Counted from the first letter of the stretch, positions 29,266 to 39,480 are shown. The stretch is DNA of 64,000 nt from an uncultured Nitrospira sp. (GCA_902500785.1 CABVRW010000008.1:19095-83094), one strand, 5' to 3'. Made by a program: numbers and translations. The notes: generated by a model not told the origin, from the sequence alone.

Positions 29266-30198
29266 GTGTCGCGCGGAGCGGGCAAAGATGATCAGGCGAG
29301 AAACAGGATCGACTGGGAGCGCATGCTTGAAGGTGTCCGTGGATTGGTCACGTACGAGGCCTCATTGCAAGGCTACACCTCATTCCGCATCGGCGGACCG
29401 GCGGAAGTCCTGGTGGAGCCGGCCGATGTGGAGGACCTTGCCCGAGTGGTGGCACGGGCTCGTGCAGAACACCTTCCGGTTTTCGTGGTGGGGGGGACGA
29501 ATGTGCTCGTTCGCGACGGAGGTATTCGCGGGATTGTGGTCAGCCTGCGGCAACTCAAAGGCATCCGCCAGGAGCCCGATCATGTCCTCTATGCGGAGGG
29601 GGGCGTGGGCATGCCGACGTTGATCGGATATGCCATTCGCCGTTCGTTGGCCGGATTGGAATGGGGCGCCGGTATTCCGGGCACGGTTGCGGGTTGTGTG
29701 GTGATGAATGCAGGGACGCGATTGGGTGAAATGAAGGATTCCGTGAAGGCCGTTCGTATGGTGGATTCGCGCGGCCTGGTGGCGGATATTCGTGCGGACC
29801 AGATTCCCTTCAGTTATCGACGGGCCCATTTGCCGCGCGGCGTCGTGGCGGGTGTCTGGTTGCAATTGAGACCTGGCGATCATGACCAGATCGAACACAG
29901 GGTGAAGGAGTATCTGCAGTACCGGAAGCATACCCAGCCGCTCACATTACCGAGTGCCGGGTGCGTGTTCAAGAATCCTCCTCAGGATTCGGCCGGTCGT
30001 CTCGTAGATGCGGCAGGTCTGAAGGGCGCCCGCATCGGAGATGCGCAAGTGTCGGAGAAGCACGCGAATTTCATGGTGAACGTCGGCCATGCGCGCGCGG
30101 CCGATGTGTTGGCCTTGATCAAAAAAGTCCGCGCGGCGGTGAAAAAAACGTCGGGTGTGAAATTGGAGTTGGAATTGAAGGTCGTCGGTCAGGCCTGA
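29266..30198 (+). CDS. murB: UDP-N-acetylenolpyruvoylglucosamine reductase
   Basis: YTSFRIGGPA, GIPGTVAG, MNAG, SAGCVFKNP, SEKHANF; start uncertain (29266 GTG or 29323 ATG). Confidence 0.95.
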   Translation: MSRGAGKDDQARNRIDWERMLEGVRGLVTYEASLQGYTSFRIGGPAEVLVEPADVEDLARVVARARAEHLPVFVVGGTNVLVRDGGIRGIVVSLRQLKGIRQEPDHVLYAEGGVGMPTLIGYAIRRSLAGLEWGAGIPGTVAGCVVMNAGTRLGEMKDSVKAVRMVDSRGLVADIRADQIPFSYRRAHLPRGVVAGVWLQLRPGDHDQIEHRVKEYLQYRKHTQPLTLPSAGCVFKNPPQDSAGRLVDAAGLKGARIGDAQVSEKHANFMVNVGHARAADVLALIKKVRAAVKKTSGVKLELELKVVGQA

Positions 30199-30207
30199 CG
30201 CAGATCG

Positions 30208-31206
30208 ATGAAGGGAGTGGACGTGACGGAACGGAAGCCGCTGACGCGTTCGAAAATAGGGGTGCTGATGGGCGGACAATCGTCGGAACGCGAAGTCTCG
30301 CTCAAGACCGGCGAGGCGGTCCACCGCTCACTGGTGCGAAGCGGTTACGATGCGGTGCCCATCGATGTCGGGCCAGGATTGTCGCGCACCTTAGAGAAGC
30401 AGGGAATTGAAATTGGATTCCTGGCCTTGCACGGCCCGGGAGGCGAAGACGGTGCGATTCAAGGATTCTTGGAGACGCTCGGCATTCCTTATACGGGCTC
30501 GGGGGTCCGAGCCAGCGCGCTTGGCATGCATAAGGTGGTGACGAAGACGGAATTGGCGGCGCAGGGCATTCCGGTGCCGAAGGGGACGGTGGTGTGGCGA
30601 GGAACGGCTCCCAGCCTGGGGCGCCTGCTCGCTACGTGCTCGTTGAAGCTACCGGTGGTCGTCAAGCCTGCGAGTCAAGGCTCCACGATCGGTGTGACCA
30701 TTGTCCGTAGGCCGTCGCAATGGAAAGAAGCGTTGCGTGTGGCCCATCGATACGACGAGGAAGCGATGGTCGAGACCTTTATTCCGGGACATGAGGTCAC
30801 GGTGTCGATCCTGGGTGGTGCCGAGGGGGCCGTCACCGGCTTGCCGGCGGTTGAGATTGTGGCTCCGGACGGATTTTATGACTTCTCGGCGAAATACGAG
30901 AAGGGTCGGACGCAGTACCTGTGCCCGGCGCCGCTTCCTGCCGCGCTGACTCGGCAGATCCGGCAACTGGCGATCCAGACCTATCAGGCCTTGGGTTGCA
31001 GCGGGGCGGCCCGGGTTGATTTTCGCATTACTCCCAAGGGCAAGCCGTTTGTACTTGAAATCAACACCGTGCCGGGGATGACGGAGACGAGTCTTCTGCC
31101 CATGGCGGCAGGGAAGGCCGGACTGTCGTATGACACATTGACGGAGCGAATTCTCCAGTCCGCGCTCCAGCGGGCCGGAGTCGGATCATTTCGCGCAGTG
31201 AGGTAG
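30208..31206 (+). CDS. ddl: D-alanine--D-alanine ligase
   Basis: GGQSSEREVSL, LHGPGGEDG, GSTIG, FYDFSAKY, LEINTVPGMT. Confidence 0.97.
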   Translation: MKGVDVTERKPLTRSKIGVLMGGQSSEREVSLKTGEAVHRSLVRSGYDAVPIDVGPGLSRTLEKQGIEIGFLALHGPGGEDGAIQGFLETLGIPYTGSGVRASALGMHKVVTKTELAAQGIPVPKGTVVWRGTAPSLGRLLATCSLKLPVVVKPASQGSTIGVTIVRRPSQWKEALRVAHRYDEEAMVETFIPGHEVTVSILGGAEGAVTGLPAVEIVAPDGFYDFSAKYEKGRTQYLCPAPLPAALTRQIRQLAIQTYQALGCSGAARVDFRITPKGKPFVLEINTVPGMTETSLLPMAAGKAGLSYDTLTERILQSALQRAGVGSFRAVR

Positions 31207-31208
31207 GG

Positions 31209-32078
31209 ATGTCGGTGCGGTGGCGCAAGGTGTGTGCAGCCAAAGTGAATCCGCGGGCGAACGCCCGTTCGGAATCTGCGCCGGATCGCCAGCGGGCCGG
31301 CGAGGCCGGTGGGTACTGGTCGCGATTGGGCCGGGGGGTGTTGATCTCGTTGCGGGTGATCGCCACGGTGACCGTTCTGGTCGGCGGTTGTTCGGGGCTG
31401 TTCGTCCTCGCGCGGGAAGTGGGCCCCTTGACGCGGGAATGGTTTCTGGTGCGCTCCGTGACGGTGAACGGGCTGCACCATGTGACGAGGAAGGAAGTCA
31501 TCGGCAAATTGGCATTGAAGTCGGATACCGCCCTCTATTCCATCAATCCGTCATGGTTGGCCGAGCGGCTCAAGGCCCATCCCTGGATCAAGGATGCGAC
31601 GGTGGCGCTGAAGCCCTTGCATGAAATCCATATCGACATCGTCGAGCGGGAACCTGCGGTGGTGGTGCGCACGCTGGCAGAGAATCTGCTGACCGATTCG
31701 GAGGGCTTCCTGCTGGCGCATCTCGGAGCGGCGGATGATCCGACCTTGCCGATTTTGTCGGGTGTCGACGGGAAGCGGTTGATACAGGGGAAACGTGAGG
31801 ATCGTCGTCCCGTCCAGGTCGGTGCGGCCTTGGCTCGCATGGTGGGGCAAACGACCGGGGGGCGACCGGATATCAATGTGGGGAACCTCAATAACTTGGT
31901 GGTGGTGGTCCAGGGCGTGACGTTTCAATTCAGCGAGTCGTCGATGGATCAGCAATGGTATCGGTTTCTCAAAATGCGGCCCGCATTGCGTGATGTGGCC
32001 TTTGACGGCGAGGGCGCCAGGGCGAATGAAATCGATCTTCGCTTTGCCGACCGCGTCATCGTTCGAGGAAGGGGGTGA
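31209..32078 (+). CDS. ftsQ: cell division protein FtsQ/DivIB
   Basis: Basic N-tail, single TM, POTRA (VTVNGLHHV..PWIKDA), IDLRF; between ddl and ftsA. Confidence 0.9.
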   Translation: MSVRWRKVCAAKVNPRANARSESAPDRQRAGEAGGYWSRLGRGVLISLRVIATVTVLVGGCSGLFVLAREVGPLTREWFLVRSVTVNGLHHVTRKEVIGKLALKSDTALYSINPSWLAERLKAHPWIKDATVALKPLHEIHIDIVEREPAVVVRTLAENLLTDSEGFLLAHLGAADDPTLPILSGVDGKRLIQGKREDRRPVQVGAALARMVGQTTGGRPDINVGNLNNLVVVVQGVTFQFSESSMDQQWYRFLKMRPALRDVAFDGEGARANEIDLRFADRVIVRGRG

Positions 32079-33319
32079 GCCGAGTGTCTAAGCGGGATCA
32101 TATCTTGGTCGGACTCGACATCGGGACCACCAAGATTTGTGCGATTGTCGCCGAAGTGCCGGAGGAAGGCCCGCTGAACATCATCGGTGTCGGCTCCTGC
32201 CCTTCGCGCGGGCTTCGCAAGGGTGTGGTGGTCAATATCGAGAGTACGGTGGAGTCGATCAAGAAGGCGGTCGAAGAAGCGGAACTCATGGCGGCCGTGC
32301 AAATCAATTCGGTCTACACGGGTATCGCAGGCAGCCATATCTCAGGAGAAAACCTCAAGGGCGTCGTGGCCCTCAAGAAGCAGGAAGTCACGCGCGACGA
32401 CATCAGTCGGGCAGTGGAAAGCGCGCGGACCCTCGCGGTGATTCCTCACGAGCGGCGTATTCTGCACGTGTTGCCGCGCGAATTCATGGTTGATGATCAA
32501 GAAGGTGTCCGTGAACCGCTGGGCATGTCCGGCAACCGTCTGGAGGTCAACGTTCATGTGATCACCGGGGCCGTGACCTCGGCGCAGAACATCATCAAGA
32601 GCGTGAACCGGGCGGGACTCGACGTGGTGGATATCATCTTGCAGCCGCTCGCGTCGAGCGAAGCCGTGTTGAGCGCCGAGGAGCGGGAGTTGGGGGTCGC
32701 TATGGTGGACCTGGGCGGCGGGACGACCGATTTGGCGATCTTCCTCGACGGCAGCATCCGGCACACGGCGGTCCTCCCGATCGGCGGACAGAATCTGACC
32801 AAGGATCTGGCCATCGGGCTTCTGACGTCGCAAACCGATGCCGAAAAAATAAAAGTGCAGCATGGGATCGCCCGCACCGAGCTGGTGCTTGGTCATCAAA
32901 TGGTGGAAGTGCCGTCCGTGGGCGATCGGCCGCCGCGGCAATTCACGCGCCGCGATATCGCGGAAATCCTCGAGCCGCGAGTGGACGAGATGTTCGAACT
33001 GGTCAAGCGGGAAATCGTACGAGCCGGGTACGAAGGGATGTTGGGCGCCGGGGTGGTGATTACCGGCGGCACGTCGCTCCTGGAGGGCATGCCGGATGCG
33101 GCGGAGCGAGGGTTGAATCTTCCTGCTCGGCGCGGCATGCCGACCGGCATCGGCGGGCTGCGGGATATTGTCAGCAATCCGATGCACGCGACCGGCGTCG
33201 GACTGCTGCTGCACGCGCGTCAACATGCCGACCACTTGGAGGCGGCCGGCATCCGTCACGGCAAAGGCTTGGGGAAAGTGTTCGATCGTATGCGATCGTG
33301 GATGTTCGAGTTTTTCTAA
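32075..33319 (+). CDS. ftsA: cell division protein FtsA
   Basis: [28 protein letters not shown]-terminal amphipathic helix [10 protein letters not shown]. Confidence 0.98.
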   Translation: MSRVSKRDHILVGLDIGTTKICAIVAEVPEEGPLNIIGVGSCPSRGLRKGVVVNIESTVESIKKAVEEAELMAAVQINSVYTGIAGSHISGENLKGVVALKKQEVTRDDISRAVESARTLAVIPHERRILHVLPREFMVDDQEGVREPLGMSGNRLEVNVHVITGAVTSAQNIIKSVNRAGLDVVDIILQPLASSEAVLSAEERELGVAMVDLGGGTTDLAIFLDGSIRHTAVLPIGGQNLTKDLAIGLLTSQTDAEKIKVQHGIARTELVLGHQMVEVPSVGDRPPRQFTRRDIAEILEPRVDEMFELVKREIVRAGYEGMLGAGVVITGGTSLLEGMPDAAERGLNLPARRGMPTGIGGLRDIVSNPMHATGVGLLLHARQHADHLEAAGIRHGKGLGKVFDRMRSWMFEFF

Positions 33320-33372
33320 CTTTCGCGGACGGCATGAGGCCGGGCCGCGCCATCGTCAAGGGAGGTGCCACG

Positions 33373-34575
33373 ATGTTTTCATTTCAAGAGGAGCCGCAGT
33401 CACCCGTTCGTATCAAGGTGATCGGTGTCGGAGGGGCCGGATGCAACGCCGTCAATACCATGATTACCGGCGGATTGTGCCGAGTCGACTTCGTGGCCGC
33501 CAATACCGACGTGCAGGCGCTGGAGCGGTCCCAGGCATCCTATAAAATTCAGATCGGTCCGGAGCGAACCCGCGGCCTGGGCGCCGGCGCCAAGCCTGAA
33601 GTGGGGCGCGACGCGGCGTTGGAAAGCAAGGATGAGATTCGGGAGAGCCTGGTCGGCGCCGACATGGTGTTTGTCACCGCCGGCATGGGCGGCGGTACCG
33701 GGACCGGCGCGGCCCCGATCGTGGCCAGCATCGCGCGTGAATTAGGGATTCTGACCGTGGCCGTTGTGACCAAGCCTTTTCAGTATGAAGGCCATCGGCG
33801 GATGAGCCATGCCGAGGAGGGCATTCGCGATCTTGGTCGTCACGTCGATACGCTGCTGATTATCCCGAATCAACGGTTACTCGGGATTGTGGACAAGGCC
33901 ACTCCGTTGCTGGATGCGTTCAAGGTGGCGGACGATGTGTTGCGCCAAGCGATTCAGGGGATTGCGGACGTGATTACGACCATCGGCTTGGTCAACGTCG
34001 ACTTCGCCGACGTGCGGACCATCATGGCGCACACCGGACGCGCGGTGATGGGCATGGGGATCGGACGTGGCGCCAATCGAGCGCAGGAAGCGGCACAAAA
34101 AGCGATCTGCAGCCCCTTGCTGGAAGAGGGCAGTGTCGAAGGCGCGCGCGGGGTCCTGCTGAATATCACGGGTGGGCCGAACATGTCGCTGCATGAAGTG
34201 GAGGAAGCGGCCTCGATCGTCCAGCATGCGGCGGATGCCGAAGCGAACATCATCGTCGGACAGGTCATCAATCCCGAGATCGGCGATGATCTGATCGTGA
34301 CCGTGATTGCGACCGGCTTCGAGCGGGAAGAGCAGCCGGTCTCGCGCCCGGTGGCGGCGGCTGAGCGCCCCGCGACGCGGACACCCAATGGACGTCCAGC
34401 GCAACAGGTGCTGACCGGGGTGCATGCCACAGGATCGGATCGGCCCCATAAAGATTTGGACCGTCCAACTTTCCTGCGGCGCATGGGTGAGACGCGGGAA
34501 GCGGTGGAGCGAATCGCGGTGGTCGGGGACGATGAGTGGGATGTGCCGACCTTCCTGCGGAAGCAGGCTGACTGA
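33373..34575 (+). CDS. ftsZ: cell division GTPase FtsZ
   Basis: [33 protein letters not shown]; GGAGG SD before ATG 33373. Confidence 0.99.
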   Translation: MFSFQEEPQSPVRIKVIGVGGAGCNAVNTMITGGLCRVDFVAANTDVQALERSQASYKIQIGPERTRGLGAGAKPEVGRDAALESKDEIRESLVGADMVFVTAGMGGGTGTGAAPIVASIARELGILTVAVVTKPFQYEGHRRMSHAEEGIRDLGRHVDTLLIIPNQRLLGIVDKATPLLDAFKVADDVLRQAIQGIADVITTIGLVNVDFADVRTIMAHTGRAVMGMGIGRGANRAQEAAQKAICSPLLEEGSVEGARGVLLNITGGPNMSLHEVEEAASIVQHAADAEANIIVGQVINPEIGDDLIVTVIATGFEREEQPVSRPVAAAERPATRTPNGRPAQQVLTGVHATGSDRPHKDLDRPTFLRRMGETREAVERIAVVGDDEWDVPTFLRKQAD

Positions 34576-34615
34576 GTAGGCCGCGGCATCGGAATTTGTA
34601 GAGTCGGGAGAGCGG

Positions 34616-35353
34616 ATGGCGTCAGAGGTCATCACCGTGCCGTCGTTTGCGACGCACGCGGATGGGGTAGAACATTTTTTCGGGACCCGGTTGTCGTGCG
34701 TGTCGGTGACGCCGGGCGGCGCCTCTGCGCCCGGATCCCGGCATCGCGATCAAGCCGCGACGGTCATGGTATCCGTCAAGCAGGTGCACGGGACGGATGC
34801 CTTGGTGGTCGATCGGCCGGTCGTGCAGGGAGAGGCGTTTGAGGGAGGTTGGGATGCGCTGGTGACCGACCAACCCGGGGTGATGGTGACCGTGCGGACG
34901 GCGGACTGTGTACCCGTGCTCCTGCATGATCCAGTGCGGCGCGTGGTGGCAGCGATACATGCAGGCTGGCGGGGAGCGGTGGCCGGCATCGTGCCGAAGA
35001 CCGTGGCGTTGCTCGTCAGCCGTTTCGGAGCGACAATCGGTCGGTTGCAGATGGCGATCGGTCCTTCCGCCGGTCCCTGTTGCTACGAAGTGGATGAGCC
35101 GGTCCTTGCGCGATTGCGAGAGGTCTTTCCCGAGTGGCAAGCTGTCGTGAAGCCGGTGAGCCGCCAGAGGGCGCACCTCGATCTGCGTGCGTTTGTGCGT
35201 CGGCAAGCACTGGCTGATGGGCTGGATGCCGAACGAATCACCACGGTCGATGCCTGTACGATCTGTCAGCCCGACTTATTCTTCAGCTACCGCCGCGAAG
35301 GCGTGGTGAACGGGACGATGGTCAGTGGGATTGCTCTGGTGTCTCGCCGGTAG
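34616..35353 (+). CDS. pgeF: peptidoglycan editing factor / purine nucleoside phosphorylase PgeF (YfiH/YlmD)
   Basis: QVHGT, DALVT, TADCVPVLL, HAGWRG, IGPSAGPCCYEV, FFSYRR. Confidence 0.95.
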   Translation: MASEVITVPSFATHADGVEHFFGTRLSCVSVTPGGASAPGSRHRDQAATVMVSVKQVHGTDALVVDRPVVQGEAFEGGWDALVTDQPGVMVTVRTADCVPVLLHDPVRRVVAAIHAGWRGAVAGIVPKTVALLVSRFGATIGRLQMAIGPSAGPCCYEVDEPVLARLREVFPEWQAVVKPVSRQRAHLDLRAFVRRQALADGLDAERITTVDACTICQPDLFFSYRREGVVNGTMVSGIALVSRR

Positions 35354-35460
35354 GGGTGCGATCGGCTTACTGCGGGCTTGATTCCCGGCGCCTGCCTGAT
35401 ACCCTGCCCACAGGGGCACGAGGGTAAGGAAGAAGATGGAGCAATCCGCAAGGTGGCAGG

Positions 35461-36168
35461 ATGGATGCAGAGCCAGGGACGATTGCCGGTCGGGTTCGAA
35501 CGGTGCTCGACGAAATCCGTCGTGCGGCCGTCCGTGTGGGGCGTGCCCCGGACGCGGTGCGTCTGGTGGCCGCCTCCAAGACCGTATCCGTGGACCGGCT
35601 GCGAGAGGCGGTCGATGCCGGCGTTCGACATGTTGGAGAAAACCGCCTCCAGGAAGCCCTGCCGAAAATCGACGCGTTAGGACGGGAAGGAATCGTCTGG
35701 CACTTTATCGGATCGCTGCAGCGGCGCAAGGTCAAGTCGGTCGTCGGACGATTTGAGACGATTCATTCGGTCGACAGCCTCGCATTGGCTGGGGAGATCG
35801 ATCGGCAGGCGAAGGCGGCGGGTCTTCGGCAACGTATCTTGTTGGAAGTGAATGTCGGAGGAGAGGTGAGTAAAGGCGGGTTTGCGCCGGAGACACTTGT
35901 GGCGGACCTGGCCTCCTTGAATGAATTCGAGCATCTGGACATTCGCGGCCTCATGGCCATTCCCCCGCCCACTCCGACAGCGGACGGCGCGCGTGCTTAC
36001 TTTCGGCAACTTCGGACACTCGCGGAGGCATTGACAGCGCGAGGACACAGGAACATTAATATGCAGGAACTCTCGATGGGCATGTCGCACGACTATCCTG
36101 TCGCGGTTGAAGAGGGCGCCACGTACGTGCGAGTCGGCACGGCGATTTTCGGAGCGCGAGGTGAGTAG
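35461..36168 (+). CDS. yggS: PLP homeostasis protein (YggS/YlmE/PROSC)
   Basis: LVAASKT, GENRLQE, WHFIGSLQ, LSMGMSHDY, VRVGTAIFG. Confidence 0.96.
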   Translation: MDAEPGTIAGRVRTVLDEIRRAAVRVGRAPDAVRLVAASKTVSVDRLREAVDAGVRHVGENRLQEALPKIDALGREGIVWHFIGSLQRRKVKSVVGRFETIHSVDSLALAGEIDRQAKAAGLRQRILLEVNVGGEVSKGGFAPETLVADLASLNEFEHLDIRGLMAIPPPTPTADGARAYFRQLRTLAEALTARGHRNINMQELSMGMSHDYPVAVEEGATYVRVGTAIFGARGE

Positions 36169-36172
36169 GTCG

Positions 36173-36979
36173 ATGCTGACGCAGCCGATCGCATTTCTCG
36201 GGGGCGGGCAAATGGCGGAGGCCTTGATCGGCGGTCTGCTGGCCGCGCGTGCCTGCGAGCCCGCATCCATTTGCGCGACGGACCCGGTTGCCGCGCGCCG
36301 CGATGCGTTGAAGTCGCGCTTCGGCATTCACGTCGGCGATAACAATACCAAGGCGGTCCGCGAGGCCGATCTGGTGGTCCTTGCGGTGAAACCGCAGGCG
36401 ATGCCGGCGGTGCTCAGTGAGGTGGGGCAGGCACTGACCGGGAAATTCGTCGTGTCTATCGCAGCCGGCGTGACGACGGCTTGGATTCGCGAACGGGTTG
36501 TGGCACCCAGGGGAATCGTGCGGGCGATGCCGAATACTCCGGCATTGGTGCGCGAAGGGGTGACGGCGCTGAGCTATCAGGCGGATGTGCAATCCGACGA
36601 TCTGGGAGCGGTACGGACATTGTTTGAAGCGGTCGGCTCGGTGGTCTCTGTCGAAGAACGACTGATGGACGCGGTGACCGGGTTGAGCGGGAGCGGCCCG
36701 GCCTATGTATTCGTGGCCATCGAAGCGTTGGCCGACGGCGGAGTCAGGATGGGATTGCCCAGGGCGACCGCTGAACTGCTGGCCGCACAGACGGTTCTGG
36801 GCGCTGCACGGATGGTTTTGGAGCGGGGTGAGCATCCGGCCCGATTGAAAGATCAGGTGGCGTCGCCCGGCGGCACGACGATTGCCGGGTTGTATCAGTT
36901 GGAGGCCGGTGGAATGCGGAGCTGTTTGATGGCGGCCGTTGAGGCGGCTACGAAACGTTCACAGGAGTTGGGACGCTGA
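36173..36979 (+). CDS. proC: pyrroline-5-carboxylate reductase
   Basis: FLGGGQMA, LAVKPQ, RAMPNTP, TGLSGSGPAY, SPGGTT. Confidence 0.97.
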   Translation: MLTQPIAFLGGGQMAEALIGGLLAARACEPASICATDPVAARRDALKSRFGIHVGDNNTKAVREADLVVLAVKPQAMPAVLSEVGQALTGKFVVSIAAGVTTAWIRERVVAPRGIVRAMPNTPALVREGVTALSYQADVQSDDLGAVRTLFEAVGSVVSVEERLMDAVTGLSGSGPAYVFVAIEALADGGVRMGLPRATAELLAAQTVLGAARMVLERGEHPARLKDQVASPGGTTIAGLYQLEAGGMRSCLMAAVEAATKRSQELGR

Positions 36980-37275
36980 TGTTTGTGATGAGCAATGTGC
37001 TGCAGGGGACGGCGACGGTGTTGGACACGGTGTTATGGCTGTATATGTGGGTCATCATTGCCCGCGCATTGATTTCGTGGGTGAACCCCGATCCATGGAA
37101 CCCGATCGTCCAGTTCTTGGAGCGCGCGACGGAGCCGGTGCTCGCCCCGATCCGTCGGCTGATCGGCTGGCGCATGGGCATGGATCTCTCGCCGATGATT
37201 GCGATCCTGATCCTTGTCTTTTTGCAGTATGCCGTGGTTCAATCGTTACGAGATATCGCCGTGCGGATGCACTAA
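36979..37275 (+). CDS. yggT: YggT/YlmG family membrane protein
   Basis: SWVNPDPWNP, TEPVLAPIRR, DLSP. Confidence 0.93.
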   Translation: MFVMSNVLQGTATVLDTVLWLYMWVIIARALISWVNPDPWNPIVQFLERATEPVLAPIRRLIGWRMGMDLSPMIAILILVFLQYAVVQSLRDIAVRMH

Positions 37276-37296
37276 CCGTCGGGCAAGAGGTGTCGC

Positions 37297-37809
37297 ATGA
37301 AAATCACTCCCATCGACATTCAGCAGATGGTCTTTCAGGTCAAGTTCCGGGGGTACGATCGGGACGAAGTGAACCGGTTCCTCGAAGAGCTGGCGCTGAC
37401 CGTGGAGAATTTGAATCGAGAGAACGGGGCACTTCGCGAAAAGCTGACCGCAACCGAGCAACTGGTCACCGACTTGCGACGGACGGAGGCGACGCTCTCC
37501 AATACCTTGGTCTCGGCCCAGACGTTGGCCGAGGATGTGAAACGGTCTGCGCAGCGCGAGTCCGACCTGATTGTGAAGGAGGCCGAGCTGAAAGCGAGTG
37601 AGATTATCAGGCAGGCGCGGGTGAGTCTCTCCGATATGCAGCGTGGACTGTCGGACCTCCAGAAGCAACGCCTGATGATGGTGGAGCGATTCCGTTCAAC
37701 CCTGCGCTCGTTCGAGCGCATGTTGGAAGTGGAAGAAAGCGACGCCTATCAGCCTGAAACGGCCTCGGTCGAAGGAAAGTTGGCCGGCGAGTCAAGCACG
37801 GCCCGTTGA
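37297..37809 (+). CDS. divIVA: DivIVA-domain protein
   Basis: ITPIDI..F..KFRGYDRDEVNRFL followed by coiled coil. Confidence 0.93.
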   Translation: MKITPIDIQQMVFQVKFRGYDRDEVNRFLEELALTVENLNRENGALREKLTATEQLVTDLRRTEATLSNTLVSAQTLAEDVKRSAQRESDLIVKEAELKASEIIRQARVSLSDMQRGLSDLQKQRLMMVERFRSTLRSFERMLEVEESDAYQPETASVEGKLAGESSTAR

Positions 37810-37908
37810 ACAGCCTACGCTCCCCCGGCATTCCATTCCCACCAGCGACCAGGGCGACCAGGGGAGTTCCACTCTTCCATCTTTCCTTCTCTCTCGCTGT
37901 ATCACGCG

Positions 37909-37921
37909 TAGGCTCCTATCG
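37909..37921 (+). promoter_or_regulatory. candidate -10 element for a leaderless hydrolase transcript
   Basis: TAGGCT 37909-37914, 7 nt before ATG 37922; pyrimidine-rich upstream region with no SD. Confidence 0.4.
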
Positions 37922-39052
37922 ATGGCCAGATTAGATCCAGTGCAGTCCGCGCTGCAGGCAGCCGTCGACGAGGGCACCTTTCCTGGTGCCGTGTTGGCCG
38001 TCCGACTACGCGGGACGGTGGTCTATGAGGGTGCCGTGGGCCGCCTGTCCTCGCAGGCTCCGAGCGAAGCGGTTACGGTTCAGACCTGCTACGACCTAGC
38101 CTCTTTGACCAAGGTGCTGGCGACGACCACAGCCTTGGTCCTGCTGATTCAACGTGGACTGGTGACGCTGGAGGATCGGATTGATCGCATCCTGATTGAA
38201 CTTCAGGGAAGCCCGGTCGGATCTGCAACCCTTCGTCAGTTGCTCACCCACAGTTCTGGGCTCCCCGGCTGGCGCCCCTACTATGAGCGGATCGCTGCCA
38301 GGGGCGCTCCTCACTCTGAATTTCTAGGGCGAGTCGCGGCGCGACAGGCGATGGTGGGCTATATCGCGCAGGAAAGCCTGCTCTACGAGCCAGGCTCCCG
38401 CAGCCTGTATAGCGATCTGGGCTTCATGTTGTTGGGTTTCGCGGTGGAACGGTCGGCGGGTGAATCATTGGATCAGTTCTGTGGCAGTCAAATGTACGGT
38501 TCGCTTGGGGCAGAGCCACTCGCGTACGTTCCGCGAGGACCGAATGCGATGTTTGCTAGGGCATTGGGGCCGGACTGCGTGATGGCGCCGACTGAAGAGG
38601 ATCCCTGGAGGGGACGCACATTGTGCGGCGAAGTCCATGACGAAAACGCTTTCGCTCTGGGGGGCGTGGCCGGCCATGCCGGATTGTTTGGAAATGTGCG
38701 CGCCATATTCGCCGTGACGCGAGCATGGATGGATGGCCGGCGCGGAAAGGCGGGGCTGCTGAAGCCGGACCTCGTCACCATGTTTACGACTCGTCAGCAG
38801 GACGTGCCGAAATCCAGCTGGGCTTTGGGGTGGGATACGCCGTCTGTGCCGTCTTCCTCGGGAACTCGCTTTACACCCGAATCATTCGGGCATCTCGGGT
38901 ATACCGGCACCTCGTTGTGGCTTGATCCGGTCAAGGAATTGGAGGCGGTGTTGCTCTCGAACCGAGTCCACCCCACGAGAAGGAATGAACGAATTAAGGC
39001 CTTTCGCCCGCTGATTCATGATCTGATTTGCAGGGAATTTTTAGGAGACTAG
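37922..39052 (+). CDS. beta-lactamase-fold serine hydrolase, AmiE/YfeW-like
   Basis: YDLASLTK (SxxK), YSDLGF, GEVHDENA..GGVAGHAGLF, GHLGYTGT; no signal peptide. Confidence 0.88.
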   Translation: MARLDPVQSALQAAVDEGTFPGAVLAVRLRGTVVYEGAVGRLSSQAPSEAVTVQTCYDLASLTKVLATTTALVLLIQRGLVTLEDRIDRILIELQGSPVGSATLRQLLTHSSGLPGWRPYYERIAARGAPHSEFLGRVAARQAMVGYIAQESLLYEPGSRSLYSDLGFMLLGFAVERSAGESLDQFCGSQMYGSLGAEPLAYVPRGPNAMFARALGPDCVMAPTEEDPWRGRTLCGEVHDENAFALGGVAGHAGLFGNVRAIFAVTRAWMDGRRGKAGLLKPDLVTMFTTRQQDVPKSSWALGWDTPSVPSSSGTRFTPESFGHLGYTGTSLWLDPVKELEAVLLSNRVHPTRRNERIKAFRPLIHDLICREFLGD

Positions 39053-39369
39053 GCAGGCCGGTCGGGATAGTCGGTCCAGGTTTCTTTTTCGGCTAGATAT
39101 CGATTGCCCTTAAAGTTCAGGCGTGTGCGCAGCCGGGTAAAACCAACTCCCAGCAATTTCTCGACGACGGCCTTAACCGCAGCGCTCGTGGTGGAGTGCG
39201 CGGAGCCTTCAACGGCGTAGGCTTCATAGGTGACCTTCCCCGTATATCCAGCCGCCACGCGATTGACGAGGACGGCCCGATTAAAATATCGATCGCTCGG
39301 GTCGATCCCCTCGACTTGATGCCGTTCGATTAATCCCTCTTTCTTAAAGAGGAGGGGGAGTCCACTCAT
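39049..39369 (-). CDS. hypothetical protein (106 aa)
   Basis: ORF with GGAGG SD and a candidate promoter (TTGCAC 39439-39444, 17 bp, TATAAT 39416-39421 on minus strand). Confidence 0.7.
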   Translation of the reverse strand: MSGLPLLFKKEGLIERHQVEGIDPSDRYFNRAVLVNRVAAGYTGKVTYEAYAVEGSAHSTTSAAVKAVVEKLLGVGFTRLRTRLNFKGNRYLAEKETWTDYPDRPA

Positions 39370-39415
39370 ACAAACCTCCGTCGATCATCCGTAGGGGCCC
39401 GCCTCACGCGACCAG

Positions 39416-39480
39416 ATTATAGGCACCTCCTTTCCGGAGTGCAACCGTCGTTGACAAGGTTCTGCAGGGGTTTCTATGAT
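39416..39480. promoter_or_regulatory. divergent sigma70 promoter pair
   Basis: Plus: TTGACA 39451-39456, 18 bp, TATGAT 39475-39480; minus: TTGCAC, 17 bp, TATAAT. Confidence 0.6.
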
